Positions 14,473 through 23,338 are shown, numbered from the stretch's first letter. The stretch: 50,420 nucleotides of DNA from Patescibacteria group bacterium (GCA_028866595.1 JAGWHV010000001.1:1-50420), one strand, 5' to 3'. Numbers and translations: made by a program. The notes: generated by a model not told the origin, from the letters alone.

Positions 14473-14652
14473 TTGCCAAATATTTTTGTTGTTGTAGTAT
14501 ATAACCATAATGCAGCGCTATTACGCACAGCTTACCCACTTTAAGCCCGTCCTTTGGAACGAAGTTCGAAGGCCGAGTTGTGGTTTTGTGCGATAGCTAT
14601 CATCTCTCACGAAACTAGAACCGGGCCCTCGAACAAGGCCCGGTGTTCTTTT
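14473..14652 (+). ncRNA. candidate small RNA or cis-regulatory leader bounded by a promoter and an intrinsic terminator
   Basis: -35 TTGCCA (14473-14478), 16-nt spacer, TAGTAT (14495-14500). About 120 nt of non-coding-looking sequence follows. The terminator is ACCGGGCC/GGCCCGGT (14620-14644) plus GTTCTTTT. The next ATG with coding character is at 14695. Confidence 0.3.
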
Positions 14653-14694
14653 GTCAGATCGTCCGAACCTCAAAACCAAAAAACGAAAGGTAGT

Positions 14695-15054
14695 ATGCAT
14701 CCGTCGATACTGGAGATCCATCGCACGCAGCAGAGCCGTCCCTGGGATATCCTGCTCTGGTCCAAGGACAAGGGATTCCTTGTCTCAAAAATGGAGAAGG
14801 TCGATGGCCGCTGGGCTGGAGGGGTCGCTCTCTCCCACGGTATGACTGCCTGGGCCGTCACCCTCGGCCGCGAAAACAAGCCGCGGCTCATGGTCAAGTT
14901 CGACGAAGTCGAGGGCGACTTCGTCTTTCCTGAAGTCTTCCGGATGCGGAAAGCGGACCGCCGCCAAGCGCGTCTCGCCCGGCGAGAGGAGCGCAAGATC
15001 GAGATCGACCGTATCTGGCGTGGACGTTGCGAGACCCAAGCCCGCTCTGTCTAG
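14695..15054 (+). CDS. hypothetical protein (119 aa)
   Basis: The in-frame ATG lies downstream of the terminator hairpin; the longer ORF from 14554 would run through that hairpin. It has coding-like codon usage and an Arg-rich C-terminus. The stop lies in the loop of a terminator. Confidence 0.5.
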   Translation: MHPSILEIHRTQQSRPWDILLWSKDKGFLVSKMEKVDGRWAGGVALSHGMTAWAVTLGRENKPRLMVKFDEVEGDFVFPEVFRMRKADRRQARLARREERKIEIDRIWRGRCETQARSV

Positions 15055-15067
15055 TGCGGGCTTTTTT
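15040..15067 (+). terminator. intrinsic terminator
   Basis: Stem GCCCGC (15040-15045) / GCGGGC (15056-15061), followed by TTTTTT. Confidence 0.7.
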
Positions 15068-15113
15068 ATACCCGGCATCCGCGATATAGTGTAGGCGCAC
15101 GCGCGGCGTGCTC

Positions 15114-15122
15114 TGCTATCGT
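15114..15122 (+). promoter_or_regulatory. extended -10-like box TGcTATCGT upstream of uvrB
   Basis: It lies 7 nt upstream of the ATG at 15130. The hexamer is weak. Confidence 0.3.
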
Positions 15123-15129
15123 GCCAGAC

Positions 15130-17205
15130 ATGTCTGAATTCAAAGTCAATAACCGGTTCGAACCGGCCGGCGATCAGCCGAAAGCGATCGACGCCCTCGT
15201 CAAAGGCGTCCGTAAAGGCATGCGCCACCAGACGCTCCTTGGCGTGACTGGCTCCGGCAAGACGTTTACGGCCGCGAATATCGTCGCCGCCATAGGCAAA
15301 CCGACGCTCGTCATCGCCCATAACAAGACGCTCGCCGCCCAGCTCGCCCAGGAATATCGCGAGTTCTTCCCGAACAACGCCGTCCACTACTTCGTCTCGT
15401 ATTACGATTTCTATCAACCCGAGGCATATATGCCGGTGACGGACACATATATAGAGAAAGAAGCGATGATAAACGAAGAGATCGAGCGCTTGCGCCATGC
15501 CTCGACCCAGGCCCTTCTCACGAGGAAAGACGTCATCATCGTCGCTTCCGTCTCCTGCATTTATGGCCTCGGCTCGCCAGTCGAATACGAAAAGGTCAAT
15601 ATGAAAGTCACGACCGGCATGAAAGCCGACAGAGCCGAGCTCATCCGCCGGATGACAAGCATCCATTTCGAGAGGACAAATGCCGACCTCGAGCCGGGCA
15701 TGCTCCGGGCGGTAGGGAATATGATCGAAGTCATGCCTGTGAATGAGAAAGTCATATATCGCATCGCTTTCGAGACGGACAAAGACGGTGCGAGCCGCGT
15801 CAGTCGCATCGATCAGATAGATGCGATCACAAGGGCGATCGTCAAACCGCTTGATGTCTTCTTTCTTTTCCCGGCGAAGCATTTCATCACGGACAAAGAG
15901 CAGGTCGAGCGTGCTTTCACGACGATCAAAGCCGAGCTCGAAGCCAGGCTCAAAGAGCTCGCGGCGCAAGGCAAGACGCTCGAGGCGGAGCGCCTCAAGC
16001 GTCGCACGAATTACGACCTCGCCCTCATCCGCGAAGTTGGCTATTGCAACGGCATAGAGAATTACTCGCGCCATTTCTCCGGCAAGGCTCCGGGCGAGCC
16101 GCCTGACACATTACTCTCGTACTTTCCGCACAAAGCCGACGGCAGCCCGGATTTTCTCACCATCATCGACGAGTCGCACGTCACCATCCCGCAATTGAAC
16201 GGCATGTACGCCGGCGACCAGAGCCGCAAAAAGACGCTCGTCGAGCACGGCTTCCGCTTGCCGAGCGCCTGCGACAATCGGCCGCTCACATTCGAGGAAT
16301 TCGAGACTCGCGTAGGTCAGGCTATATATACTTCGGCGACGCCGGGCGATTTCGAGCGAGCTCATAGCATTCCACCCGAAGGCCAGATCGCCGAGCAAGT
16401 CATCCGCCCGACAGGGCTTCTCGATCCGATCGTCGAGGTTAAGCCCGTCACTGAAAAGCGAGGCGCCGCGGGAGCGGTCTACCCAGGCCAGATCATCGAC
16501 TCGATCGCCGAAGCCGAAAAGGTCGTGGCGAAAGGCTTTCGCGCTATCCTCACCACTTTGACCAAAAAGATGGCCGAAGACCTCGTCGATTACCTCAAAG
16601 AGCGCTCGGTCAAAGCCGAATACCTCCACAGCGATATAAAGACGATCGATCGCATCACTATCCTCACCGATTTCCGCCGCGGCAAATTCGACGTCCTCGT
16701 TGGCGTCAATCTCCTGCGCGAAGGCCTCGACCTGCCGGAGGTCGCCTTTATCGGCATCCTCGACGCCGATAAAGAAGGGTTTCTTCGGTCGGAGACATCT
16801 CTTATCCAGATCATCGGCCGAGCGGCGCGCAACGTCGAAGGCCGAGTCGTCATATACGCCGATACGATGACCGGCTCGATCGAGCGAGCTATTCGCGAGA
16901 CTAACCGCCGGCGAGCTATTCAGGAAGCGTATAACAAGAAGCACGGCATCACCCCGAAGACCATCATCAAGGCGATCAAAGACATCACCGACCAGCTAGA
17001 GAGCGAGCATGACAAGACCGTCAAAGAACAAGTCCGCATAGACGAAGAACTCTTCGCCAAGGATCCGAAAGCGCTTATCAAGAAAAAAGAGGCTGATATG
17101 AGCGAGGCCGTCAAGATCCTTGATTTCGAGACGGCTGCTATCCTTCGCGACGAGATTCAGGCTCTGTATGACAAGCTCGAAGGCCTCCGCTCGAAAAAGC
17201 GATAG
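15130..17205 (+). CDS. uvrB: excinuclease ABC subunit B
   Basis: N-terminus MSEFKVNNRFEPAGDQPKAI, Walker A GVTGSGKTFT, DESH box, and a C-terminal UVR motif ILDFETAAILRDEIQAL. The ORF track's upstream GTG at 15121 is a possible alternative start. Confidence 0.95.
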   Translation: MSEFKVNNRFEPAGDQPKAIDALVKGVRKGMRHQTLLGVTGSGKTFTAANIVAAIGKPTLVIAHNKTLAAQLAQEYREFFPNNAVHYFVSYYDFYQPEAYMPVTDTYIEKEAMINEEIERLRHASTQALLTRKDVIIVASVSCIYGLGSPVEYEKVNMKVTTGMKADRAELIRRMTSIHFERTNADLEPGMLRAVGNMIEVMPVNEKVIYRIAFETDKDGASRVSRIDQIDAITRAIVKPLDVFFLFPAKHFITDKEQVERAFTTIKAELEARLKELAAQGKTLEAERLKRRTNYDLALIREVGYCNGIENYSRHFSGKAPGEPPDTLLSYFPHKADGSPDFLTIIDESHVTIPQLNGMYAGDQSRKKTLVEHGFRLPSACDNRPLTFEEFETRVGQAIYTSATPGDFERAHSIPPEGQIAEQVIRPTGLLDPIVEVKPVTEKRGAAGAVYPGQIIDSIAEAEKVVAKGFRAILTTLTKKMAEDLVDYLKERSVKAEYLHSDIKTIDRITILTDFRRGKFDVLVGVNLLREGLDLPEVAFIGILDADKEGFLRSETSLIQIIGRAARNVEGRVVIYADTMTGSIERAIRETNRRRAIQEAYNKKHGITPKTIIKAIKDITDQLESEHDKTVKEQVRIDEELFAKDPKALIKKKEADMSEAVKILDFETAAILRDEIQALYDKLEGLRSKKR

Positions 17206-17211
17206 CAGCTC

Positions 17212-17220
17212 TGGTATACT
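17212..17220 (+). promoter_or_regulatory. extended -10 box TGgTATACT for the receiver gene
   Basis: 6 nt separate the box from the ATG at 17227, and there is no SD. Confidence 0.5.
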
Positions 17221-17226
17221 ACTGAC

Positions 17227-17610
17227 ATGACAAATCTTCAGGGTAAAAAAGTAGTCTGGGTCGAGGATGACAAATACCTCGTTTCTCTCATAAGCGAGCG
17301 AATGGCTGAAACAGGAGCGAAGCTCGTCGTTGTGAGCGACAGCCTCAAGGCTCATGACACCGTCAAGACCGAAATGCCCGATATCGTCGTCCTCGACCTC
17401 CTCATGAAGTATCTCGACGGCTTCGAGGTCTTGAAACAGCTCAAAGCTGATCCATCGACGAAAGCGATCCCTGTCTTTGTCCTCTCGAATCTCGGCCAGG
17501 AGCAGGAGATCGAACGGGCCAAAGAGCTCGGCGCCGCGAAATTCGTCGTCAAGGCATCTATCGGCCTCGATGGCATCATCCCTGAAATAGGGAAGGTGAT
17601 AGCAAAGTAG
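17227..17610 (+). CDS. single-domain response regulator (CheY-like receiver only)
   Basis: Acidic pocket VEDD, phospho-acceptor context IVVLDLLM, PVFVLSN, and KFVVKA (conserved Lys). It has no output domain. Confidence 0.88.
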   Translation: MTNLQGKKVVWVEDDKYLVSLISERMAETGAKLVVVSDSLKAHDTVKTEMPDIVVLDLLMKYLDGFEVLKQLKADPSTKAIPVFVLSNLGQEQEIERAKELGAAKFVVKASIGLDGIIPEIGKVIAK

Positions 17611-17716
17611 GGCCGGGCGCTCTTCGAGAAAAGACTCTGCGCAGGCCGTCGAGGCCGAGCAAAGCGCGCGCCAGCAGGCGCGGCGCGGACTTTTCGAGAG
17701 GAGCGCCCGGCCCTAC
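17607..17716. repeat. 110-nt intergenic element B: long imperfect outer inverted repeat enclosing two short GC hairpins
   Basis: Outer arms 17607-17633 (GTAGGGCCGGGCGCTCTTCGAGAAAAG) and 17690-17716 (CTTTTCGAGAGGAGCGCCCGGCCCTAC) pair over 16 bp, then an internal loop, then 6 bp. The stem is extended by TCTGCGC/GCGCGGA. Inner hairpins are GGCC-gtcga-GGCC and CGCGCC-agca-GGCGCG. The element overlaps the receiver stop codon. Confidence 0.75.
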
Positions 17717-17737
17717 TTTCTATTTTCTCCCTATTTC

Positions 17738-17746
17738 TGCTATAGT
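17738..17746 (+). promoter_or_regulatory. extended -10 box TGcTATAGT upstream of uvrA
   Basis: TG at 17738-17739 and TATAGT at 17741-17746. A roughly 60-nt leader containing hairpin CCCCAGG/CCTGGGG (17761-17780) precedes the ATG at 17810. Confidence 0.4.
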
Positions 17747-17809
17747 TCACTCGTACCCGACCCCAGGCGCCATCCTGGGGCGCGGTTGCGTATAAGCGGC
17801 GGCAAAGAT

Positions 17810-20449
17810 ATGACCAAGAAGCATCACTCGGAGACGAAAACGGATTTTAACCCAGGGGCCGACAAGCTCGTGGTCAAAGGCGCGCGCACCCACAATCTCA
17901 AGAACATAACCGTCGAGATGCCGCGCAACAAGATGGTGGTCTTCACCGGCCTTTCCGGCTCGGGCAAGTCGTCCCTCGCGTTCGATACGATATTCGCCGA
18001 AGGCCAGCGGCGCTACGTCGAGTCGCTCTCTTCGTACGCTCGCCAATTCCTCCGTCAGATGCAAAAGCCCGATGTCGACGAGATCGCCGGCCTCTCTCCG
18101 GCCATATCGATCGACCAGAAATCACGCTCGAACAATCCGCGCTCGACCGTCGCGACTATCACCGAGATATACGACTATCTGCGCGTGCTCTTCGCCCGCG
18201 TCGGCCATCCGCACTGCCTCGTCTGCGGTCGCGAGATCAAGAGGCTCTCGAATGAAGAGATCCTCGAGACGATCATCGACAGCGTCACCGATCCGACGAG
18301 CGATAAAAAAAGCAACGAAAAGGGCGTCAAAGTCATGGGCGTCGCCGTCGACAAGAACAAGATCAAGATATTCGCGCCCGTCGTCGTCGGCAGGAAAGGC
18401 GAGTACTACCAGATGCTCTACGATTATCTCGGCAAAGGCTACGAAGTCGCCAAGATCGACGGCAAGATCGTGAGGCTCCGCGAGCGCATCGACCTCGAAA
18501 AGAACAAAAAGCACGATATCGACATCCTCGTCGACGAATTCTATGCGAGCGAGTTCAGGATGGATCCGAAAGGCATCCGCGAGAGGCTCGGCGAGGCCGT
18601 CGAGAGGGCGATCCACGAATCGGGCGGCTTGATCAAGATCGACGACCCGCGAGGCGAACGGCTGATGTCGGTCAAATTCATGTGCCCATATGACGGCTAT
18701 GCCTATCCAGAGGTCGAGCCACGGTTGTTCTCGTTCAATTCTCCGTACGGCGCTTGCCCGACATGCAATGGCCTCGGCACTAAATACATATTCGGCGACG
18801 AGCCGTGCGAGACCTGCCACGGCGCCCGTCTGCGCGATGAGGCGCTCAATGTTCTCATAAACGATGCTGATGGCAAAGGCCGCTCGATCGTCGACGTCAC
18901 TCGGATGTCCATATCGGAGGCTTTCGAGTATTTCGGCGGCATCGCTCTCTCCGAAAAAGAGAAGAATATCGCCAAAGTCGTCTTGAAAGAGATCGAATCA
19001 CGCCTTAAATTTATGCTCGATGTCGGTATCGAATATTTGACCCTCGACCGTCGCGCCCACACGCTCTCCGGCGGCGAAGCCCAGCGCATCAGGCTCGCTT
19101 CCCAGCTCGGTTCGGGCCTCGTCGGCGCTCTCTACGTCCTCGACGAGCCGACGATCGGCCTTCACCAGCGCGACAATGACCGGCTGATCAAGACCTTGCT
19201 CCATCTGCGCGATCTCGGCAACACCATACTCGTCGTCGAGCATGACGAAGATACGATATTCGCCTCCGATTACATCGTCGACATTGGGCCGGGCGCCGGC
19301 GTTCATGGCGGCAAAGTCGTCGCCACCGGCTGGCTCGAGCCTCTCCTCACGGCGAAGAAAAATGAATCTGGATCGCTCACTCTCGCGTATCTGCGCGGGG
19401 AGATGCGCGTCGATCTGCCGGACGCTCGACGCAATCAAGATAAAGGCAAGATATCCATCCGCGGCGGCAACATCTTTAATATAAAAGACCTGGACGTTGA
19501 TATTCCTCTCGGCAAGCTCGTTTGTATCACCGGCGTCTCCGGCTCGGGCAAGTCGTCGTTTCTCTACGAGATCATTCACAAGAACCTCCAAGGGCGCTTG
19601 GAGAAGAGGCACCGGACAGCCGAGACATTCAATTGCGCTTCGTTCACCGGCACCGAATACGTCTCGCGCACGATCCTCATAGATCAAAGCCCGATCGGTC
19701 GGACGCCGCGCTCCAATCCGGTCACGTACACGGGCGCCTGGTCTTTCATCCGCGACTTGTTCGCTGAGACCGCCGAGGCCCGGGCGCGCGGCTGGAAAGC
19801 CAATCGTTTTTCTTTTAACGTCAAAGGCGGCCGCTGCGAAGCCTGCCAGGGCAACGGCGAGATCGCCGTCGAGATGCATTTCTTGCCGACCGTTTATGTG
19901 CCGTGCGAAGTCTGCCAGGGCAAGCGCTTCCAGAAAGACACCCTCGAGATCGAATACAAGGGCAAGAACGTCTACGACGTCCTTCAAATGACGGTCGAGG
20001 AAGGGCTGAAGTTTTTTGAGGACATCCCAGCCATATATGATCGCCTGCGGACGCTCTCCGACGTCGGCCTCGGCTATCTCGAGCTCGGCCAATCCGCGAC
20101 GACGCTCTCCGGCGGCGAAGCCCAGCGCGTCAAGATATCCTCGGAGCTCTATCGGCCCGATACCCACCGCACCATATATCTCCTCGACGAGCCGACGGTC
20201 GGCCTCCACTATGAAGACGTCCGCAAATTGATCGAGATCCTTCAGAAGCTCGTCGACCACGGCAACACCGTCATCGTCATCGAGCACAATCTTGATCTCA
20301 TCAAGTGCGCCGATTACATCATCGATATGGGGCCGGAGGGCGGCCAAGACGGCGGTCATATCGTCGCCAAAGGAACGCCCGAGGACGTGGCGGCGAACAG
20401 CAAATCGCACACAGGCGCGTATCTTAAAAAAGTCCTGAAGAGGAAATAA
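17810..20449 (+). CDS. uvrA: excinuclease ABC subunit A
   Basis: Motifs [35 protein letters not shown], a second Walker [10 protein letters not shown], two ABC signatures LSGGEAQR, and zinc modules ([16 protein letters not shown]). The start is taken at the first ATG; the ORF extends to 17786. Confidence 0.96.
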   Translation: MTKKHHSETKTDFNPGADKLVVKGARTHNLKNITVEMPRNKMVVFTGLSGSGKSSLAFDTIFAEGQRRYVESLSSYARQFLRQMQKPDVDEIAGLSPAISIDQKSRSNNPRSTVATITEIYDYLRVLFARVGHPHCLVCGREIKRLSNEEILETIIDSVTDPTSDKKSNEKGVKVMGVAVDKNKIKIFAPVVVGRKGEYYQMLYDYLGKGYEVAKIDGKIVRLRERIDLEKNKKHDIDILVDEFYASEFRMDPKGIRERLGEAVERAIHESGGLIKIDDPRGERLMSVKFMCPYDGYAYPEVEPRLFSFNSPYGACPTCNGLGTKYIFGDEPCETCHGARLRDEALNVLINDADGKGRSIVDVTRMSISEAFEYFGGIALSEKEKNIAKVVLKEIESRLKFMLDVGIEYLTLDRRAHTLSGGEAQRIRLASQLGSGLVGALYVLDEPTIGLHQRDNDRLIKTLLHLRDLGNTILVVEHDEDTIFASDYIVDIGPGAGVHGGKVVATGWLEPLLTAKKNESGSLTLAYLRGEMRVDLPDARRNQDKGKISIRGGNIFNIKDLDVDIPLGKLVCITGVSGSGKSSFLYEIIHKNLQGRLEKRHRTAETFNCASFTGTEYVSRTILIDQSPIGRTPRSNPVTYTGAWSFIRDLFAETAEARARGWKANRFSFNVKGGRCEACQGNGEIAVEMHFLPTVYVPCEVCQGKRFQKDTLEIEYKGKNVYDVLQMTVEEGLKFFEDIPAIYDRLRTLSDVGLGYLELGQSATTLSGGEAQRVKISSELYRPDTHRTIYLLDEPTVGLHYEDVRKLIEILQKLVDHGNTVIVIEHNLDLIKCADYIIDMGPEGGQDGGHIVAKGTPEDVAANSKSHTGAYLKKVLKRK

Positions 20450-20476
20450 ACGTCCTGAATAAAAAAGCCCGAAGCG

Positions 20477-20785
20477 CTAACGCTCCGGACCGAACGTATT
20501 GCGGATCTCCTTTTTCTTCTTCCGCGCTTTTAGGATGCGGATAGGGTAGGGAGCCAGCGTCGAGCCCGTAAATCCGCCGGCGAATGTGGCTATCATGAGC
20601 GCCACGGTATTATGTGGGAATGCCACGAAGGCGCCCAGACCGCCGCATAACGGCAGTACTAACAGGGCGGCGATCAAGAGGCGCAAAGTCCGTGAACGCT
20701 GTTTCTTGACCCATTCCTTGAAAAATTCGGAGATCGTCATGGTTGAAAGATCATGATGGCGGGATCGTGAGTCGGTAGTATCCAT
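20477..20785 (-). CDS. hypothetical small membrane protein
   Basis: Two hydrophobic segments (LLIAALLVLPLCGGLGAFVAF and ALMIATFAGGFTG) and a basic C-terminus. An alternative start is at 20740 (MTISEFF). The stop lies inside a hairpin flanked by an A-run on the + strand. Confidence 0.5.
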   Translation of the reverse strand: MDTTDSRSRHHDLSTMTISEFFKEWVKKQRSRTLRLLIAALLVLPLCGGLGAFVAFPHNTVALMIATFAGGFTGSTLAPYPIRILKARKKKKEIRNTFGPER

Positions 20786-20809
20786 TCGGTATGATTACAG
20801 CACATTTCG

Positions 20810-20818
20810 TGTTATAGT
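20810..20818 (+). promoter_or_regulatory. extended -10 box TGtTATAGT upstream of uvrC
   Basis: TG at 20810-20811 and TATAGT at 20813-20818. This argues against the GTG at 20817 as the start and for the ATG at 20856. Confidence 0.4.
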
Positions 20819-20855
20819 GCAAACCGCTCCATCGCATTTGACCGCATCCGAACGC

Positions 20856-22154
20856 ATGACCATAGAAGATTTCGAAAAACTGAATATCCCCGACGCGCCC
20901 GGCGTCTATTTCTGGAAAGAAGGCCGGACTATTCTTTATATCGGCAAAGCCACGTCGCTCTGCGATCGCGTCAGGTCGTATTTTTCGGCTGATCTCATAT
21001 CGACCCGCGGCCCGCGCATGGTCGACATGGTTTTTCGCGCTGATTCGATCGAATGGATGGAGACAGATTCTGTCCTCGAAGCGATGATCGCCGAGGCTAA
21101 CTTGATAAAAAAGCATTGGCCTGACTATAACGTCAAAGAAAAAGACGATAGGAGCTGGAACTATGTCATCATCACCCGCGGCGGGCGCCACGGTCGGCGC
21201 AGTGAACGCGGCCCAAGCGGCGAATTTCCGCGCGTCCTCACGATCCGCGGCCGGACGCTCGAAGTTGAGAAGCAAAAGAAGCTCCTCAAAGTCCGCCGGA
21301 CGTTCGGGCCGTTCACGAGTGGCTCGGCATTGCGCGAAGCTCTCAAAATAATCCGCCGGACATTCCCGTTCATCGACAGGCACTCATCGTCGAAATACAC
21401 GAGCACCTTTTACCGCCAGATTGGCCTCGCTCCCGACACCGCCACCGCCGAGGCGCGAGCCGCGTACGAGAAAAATATCGACCACATCATTCTTTTCTTT
21501 GAAGGAAAAAAGAAAAAGCTCATCCGCGAGCTCGATCGAGAGATGGACGCCTGCGCCAAAAAGCTCGAATTTGAAAAAGCCGCTCTGATCAAAGGCAAGA
21601 TCTTTGCCCTCGAGCATATCCAAGACGTCGCCCTTATCAAAGACGACGTCCAAGCATTCGATTGGCGGCCGGAGACGGCTGATCGCGAAGCGGAGGGTTT
21701 TCGCATCGAGGCGTATGACGTCGCTCACATGTCCGGCAAAGAAACGGTCGGCGTCATGACTGTCGTCATCGACGGTGAGCCGGATAAAAACGAATACCGC
21801 CGATTCAAGCTCGATTCGCGGACGGGCAATAATGACACCGCCAACCTCCGCGAGATCATCGAGAGGCGAGCGAAGCACCCCGAATGGCGCTCGCCGAACC
21901 TCATCGTTATCGACGGCGGCCAGAGCCAGCTCAATCTCGCGGAAAAAACATTCCGTGCTCTCGGCATCTCGGTGCCTCTTGTCTCTGTCATCAAAGACGA
22001 CAGGCACAAGCCTGCGGACATTCTCGGAGATCCGGCTCTCATATCGCGGCACAAGAAAGCAGTGCTCCTCGCCAATAGCGAAGCGCACAGATTCGCGATC
22101 TCCTATCACAGGAAGCTCCGCCGGATCAGGAATCCTCGCCGAGGCACATTCTAA
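20856..22154 (+). CDS. uvrC: excinuclease ABC subunit C, short form lacking the C-terminal (HhH)2 domain
   Basis: GIY-YIG motif PGVYFWKEGRTILYIGKATSLCDRVRSYF, UVR domain EMDACAKKLEFEKAALIKGKIFALEHI, and endonuclease domain RIEAYDVAHMSG...SEAHRFAISYHRKLRR. The protein ends about 10 aa after that. Confidence 0.9.
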   Translation: MTIEDFEKLNIPDAPGVYFWKEGRTILYIGKATSLCDRVRSYFSADLISTRGPRMVDMVFRADSIEWMETDSVLEAMIAEANLIKKHWPDYNVKEKDDRSWNYVIITRGGRHGRRSERGPSGEFPRVLTIRGRTLEVEKQKKLLKVRRTFGPFTSGSALREALKIIRRTFPFIDRHSSSKYTSTFYRQIGLAPDTATAEARAAYEKNIDHIILFFEGKKKKLIRELDREMDACAKKLEFEKAALIKGKIFALEHIQDVALIKDDVQAFDWRPETADREAEGFRIEAYDVAHMSGKETVGVMTVVIDGEPDKNEYRRFKLDSRTGNNDTANLREIIERRAKHPEWRSPNLIVIDGGQSQLNLAEKTFRALGISVPLVSVIKDDRHKPADILGDPALISRHKKAVLLANSEAHRFAISYHRKLRRIRNPRRGTF

Positions 22155-22187
22155 CCGCTCGGGCGCAACCTGCGTTATACTTGGTAT

Positions 22188-23180
22188 ATGTCTTTCGCTC
22201 AAAAGATACGAGTGGCGGTGCTCCGCGGTGGGCCTTCGTCGGAATACGACGTATCACTCAAATCCGGCGAGGCCGTTCTCAAAAATCTGCCTTCGAGATA
22301 CGAAGGCATAGACGTTTTCATATCGAAAGACGGCGTCTGGCACGTCCATGGCGTCGAGAAGAGCCCGGCGGAGGCGCTTAAAACGGCCGACGTCGCTTTC
22401 GTCGCCCTCCATGGCCAATACGGCGAGGACGGCAAAGTCCAAGCCATCCTCGAGCGCCTCGGTGTCCCATTCACGGGCTCGAACGCATTCGCTTCTGCGG
22501 TGGCGATGAACAAGCACCTCGCCAAAAAAGCTCTCGGTGCCCTTAAAGGCAAGATAAAGATGGCCGCTCATAAGATATTCTCCCGCGAAGAAGTCGCACA
22601 GAAAGGCCCTCACATCATATTCCGCGAGATCGTCTTGCCCTCCATCGTCAAGCCGTCTTCTGCCGGTTCGTCCATCGGCATATCGATTGTGAAATCATTC
22701 TCCGATCTCGAGCCGGCGCTCCGGCAAGCTCTCGAGCACTCCGACGCCGTCATCATCGAAGAATTCATAGAGGGCAGGGAAGCGACATGCGGCATCCTCG
22801 AACGTTTCCGAGGAGAGGATCATTACGCATTCCTGCCGATCGAAATCGTCCATCCGGAGACATCGGAGTTTTTCGACTACAAGGCGAAATATGGCGGGGC
22901 GGACGGCGGCGCTCTCGAGATATCCCCGGGTAATTTCGACGAGGAGACGAAGCGGGCGATACAGACGGCGGCCGCTCTCGTTCATCGCGAGCTCGGCTTG
23001 CGCCATTACTCCCGTTCCGATTTCATCATCCACCCGAAACGCGGTATGTATTTCCTCGAAGCAAATACGCTCCCGGGCCTCACGGCGGAATCTTTGGTGC
23101 CGAAATCGACGGCCGCCGTTGGGCTCTCGATGCCGCAATTCCTCGATCACGTCATATCGCTCGCTCGCGGGGAGGCGTAG
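22188..23180 (+). CDS. ddl: D-alanine--D-alanine ligase
   Basis: Motifs IRVAVLRGGPSSEYDVSLKSG, ALHGQYGEDGKVQAILERLGVPFTGS, and LEANTLPGLT. A TATACT box at 22176-22181 lies 6 nt before the ATG. Confidence 0.93.
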   Translation: MSFAQKIRVAVLRGGPSSEYDVSLKSGEAVLKNLPSRYEGIDVFISKDGVWHVHGVEKSPAEALKTADVAFVALHGQYGEDGKVQAILERLGVPFTGSNAFASAVAMNKHLAKKALGALKGKIKMAAHKIFSREEVAQKGPHIIFREIVLPSIVKPSSAGSSIGISIVKSFSDLEPALRQALEHSDAVIIEEFIEGREATCGILERFRGEDHYAFLPIEIVHPETSEFFDYKAKYGGADGGALEISPGNFDEETKRAIQTAAALVHRELGLRHYSRSDFIIHPKRGMYFLEANTLPGLTAESLVPKSTAAVGLSMPQFLDHVISLARGEA

Positions 23181-23193
23181 AAAATCTATTCAG

Positions 23194-23212
23194 GTGGACC
23201 GTACAGGATTCG
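23194..23212 (-). pseudogene. orphan copy of the 3' end (T-arm 3' strand plus acceptor strand) of tRNA-Ala(UGC)
   Basis: GTGGACCGTACAGGATTCG is identical over 19 nt to 23338-23356, inside and next to the intact tRNA gene. A further weak match (CGCGACCCC versus TGCGACCCC) lies about 30 nt beyond it. Confidence 0.7.
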
Positions 23213-23295
23213 GTCACGGGTTCCGGCCTGCTGGCCGGCCCCGCGACCCCGCCTCGGCGACCTTCGTCGCCTCCGGCTTTCTCATCCTGTACCCA

Positions 23296-23336
23296 GCATA
23301 CTAAAACACCCGCCAAAAGCGGATGTTTTAGTATGC
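23296..23336. other. 17-bp AT-rich hairpin immediately 3' of tRNA-Ala(UGC)
   Basis: GCATACTAAAACACCCGC (23296-23313) pairs with GCGGATGTTTTAGTATGC (23319-23336), with one mismatch. No U-tract follows on the tRNA strand. Confidence 0.6.
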
Positions 23337-23338
23337 AG

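Noticed and set aside
14566-14579. GAAC-gaa-GTTC palindrome considered as a Cheo-type LexA/SOS box near the uvr genes.
   Set aside because: The spacing is 3 nt rather than the 4 nt of the GAAC-N4-GTTC consensus. It lies about 550 bp from the uvrB start, inside the candidate sRNA/leader. No comparable box precedes uvrA, uvrB or uvrC.
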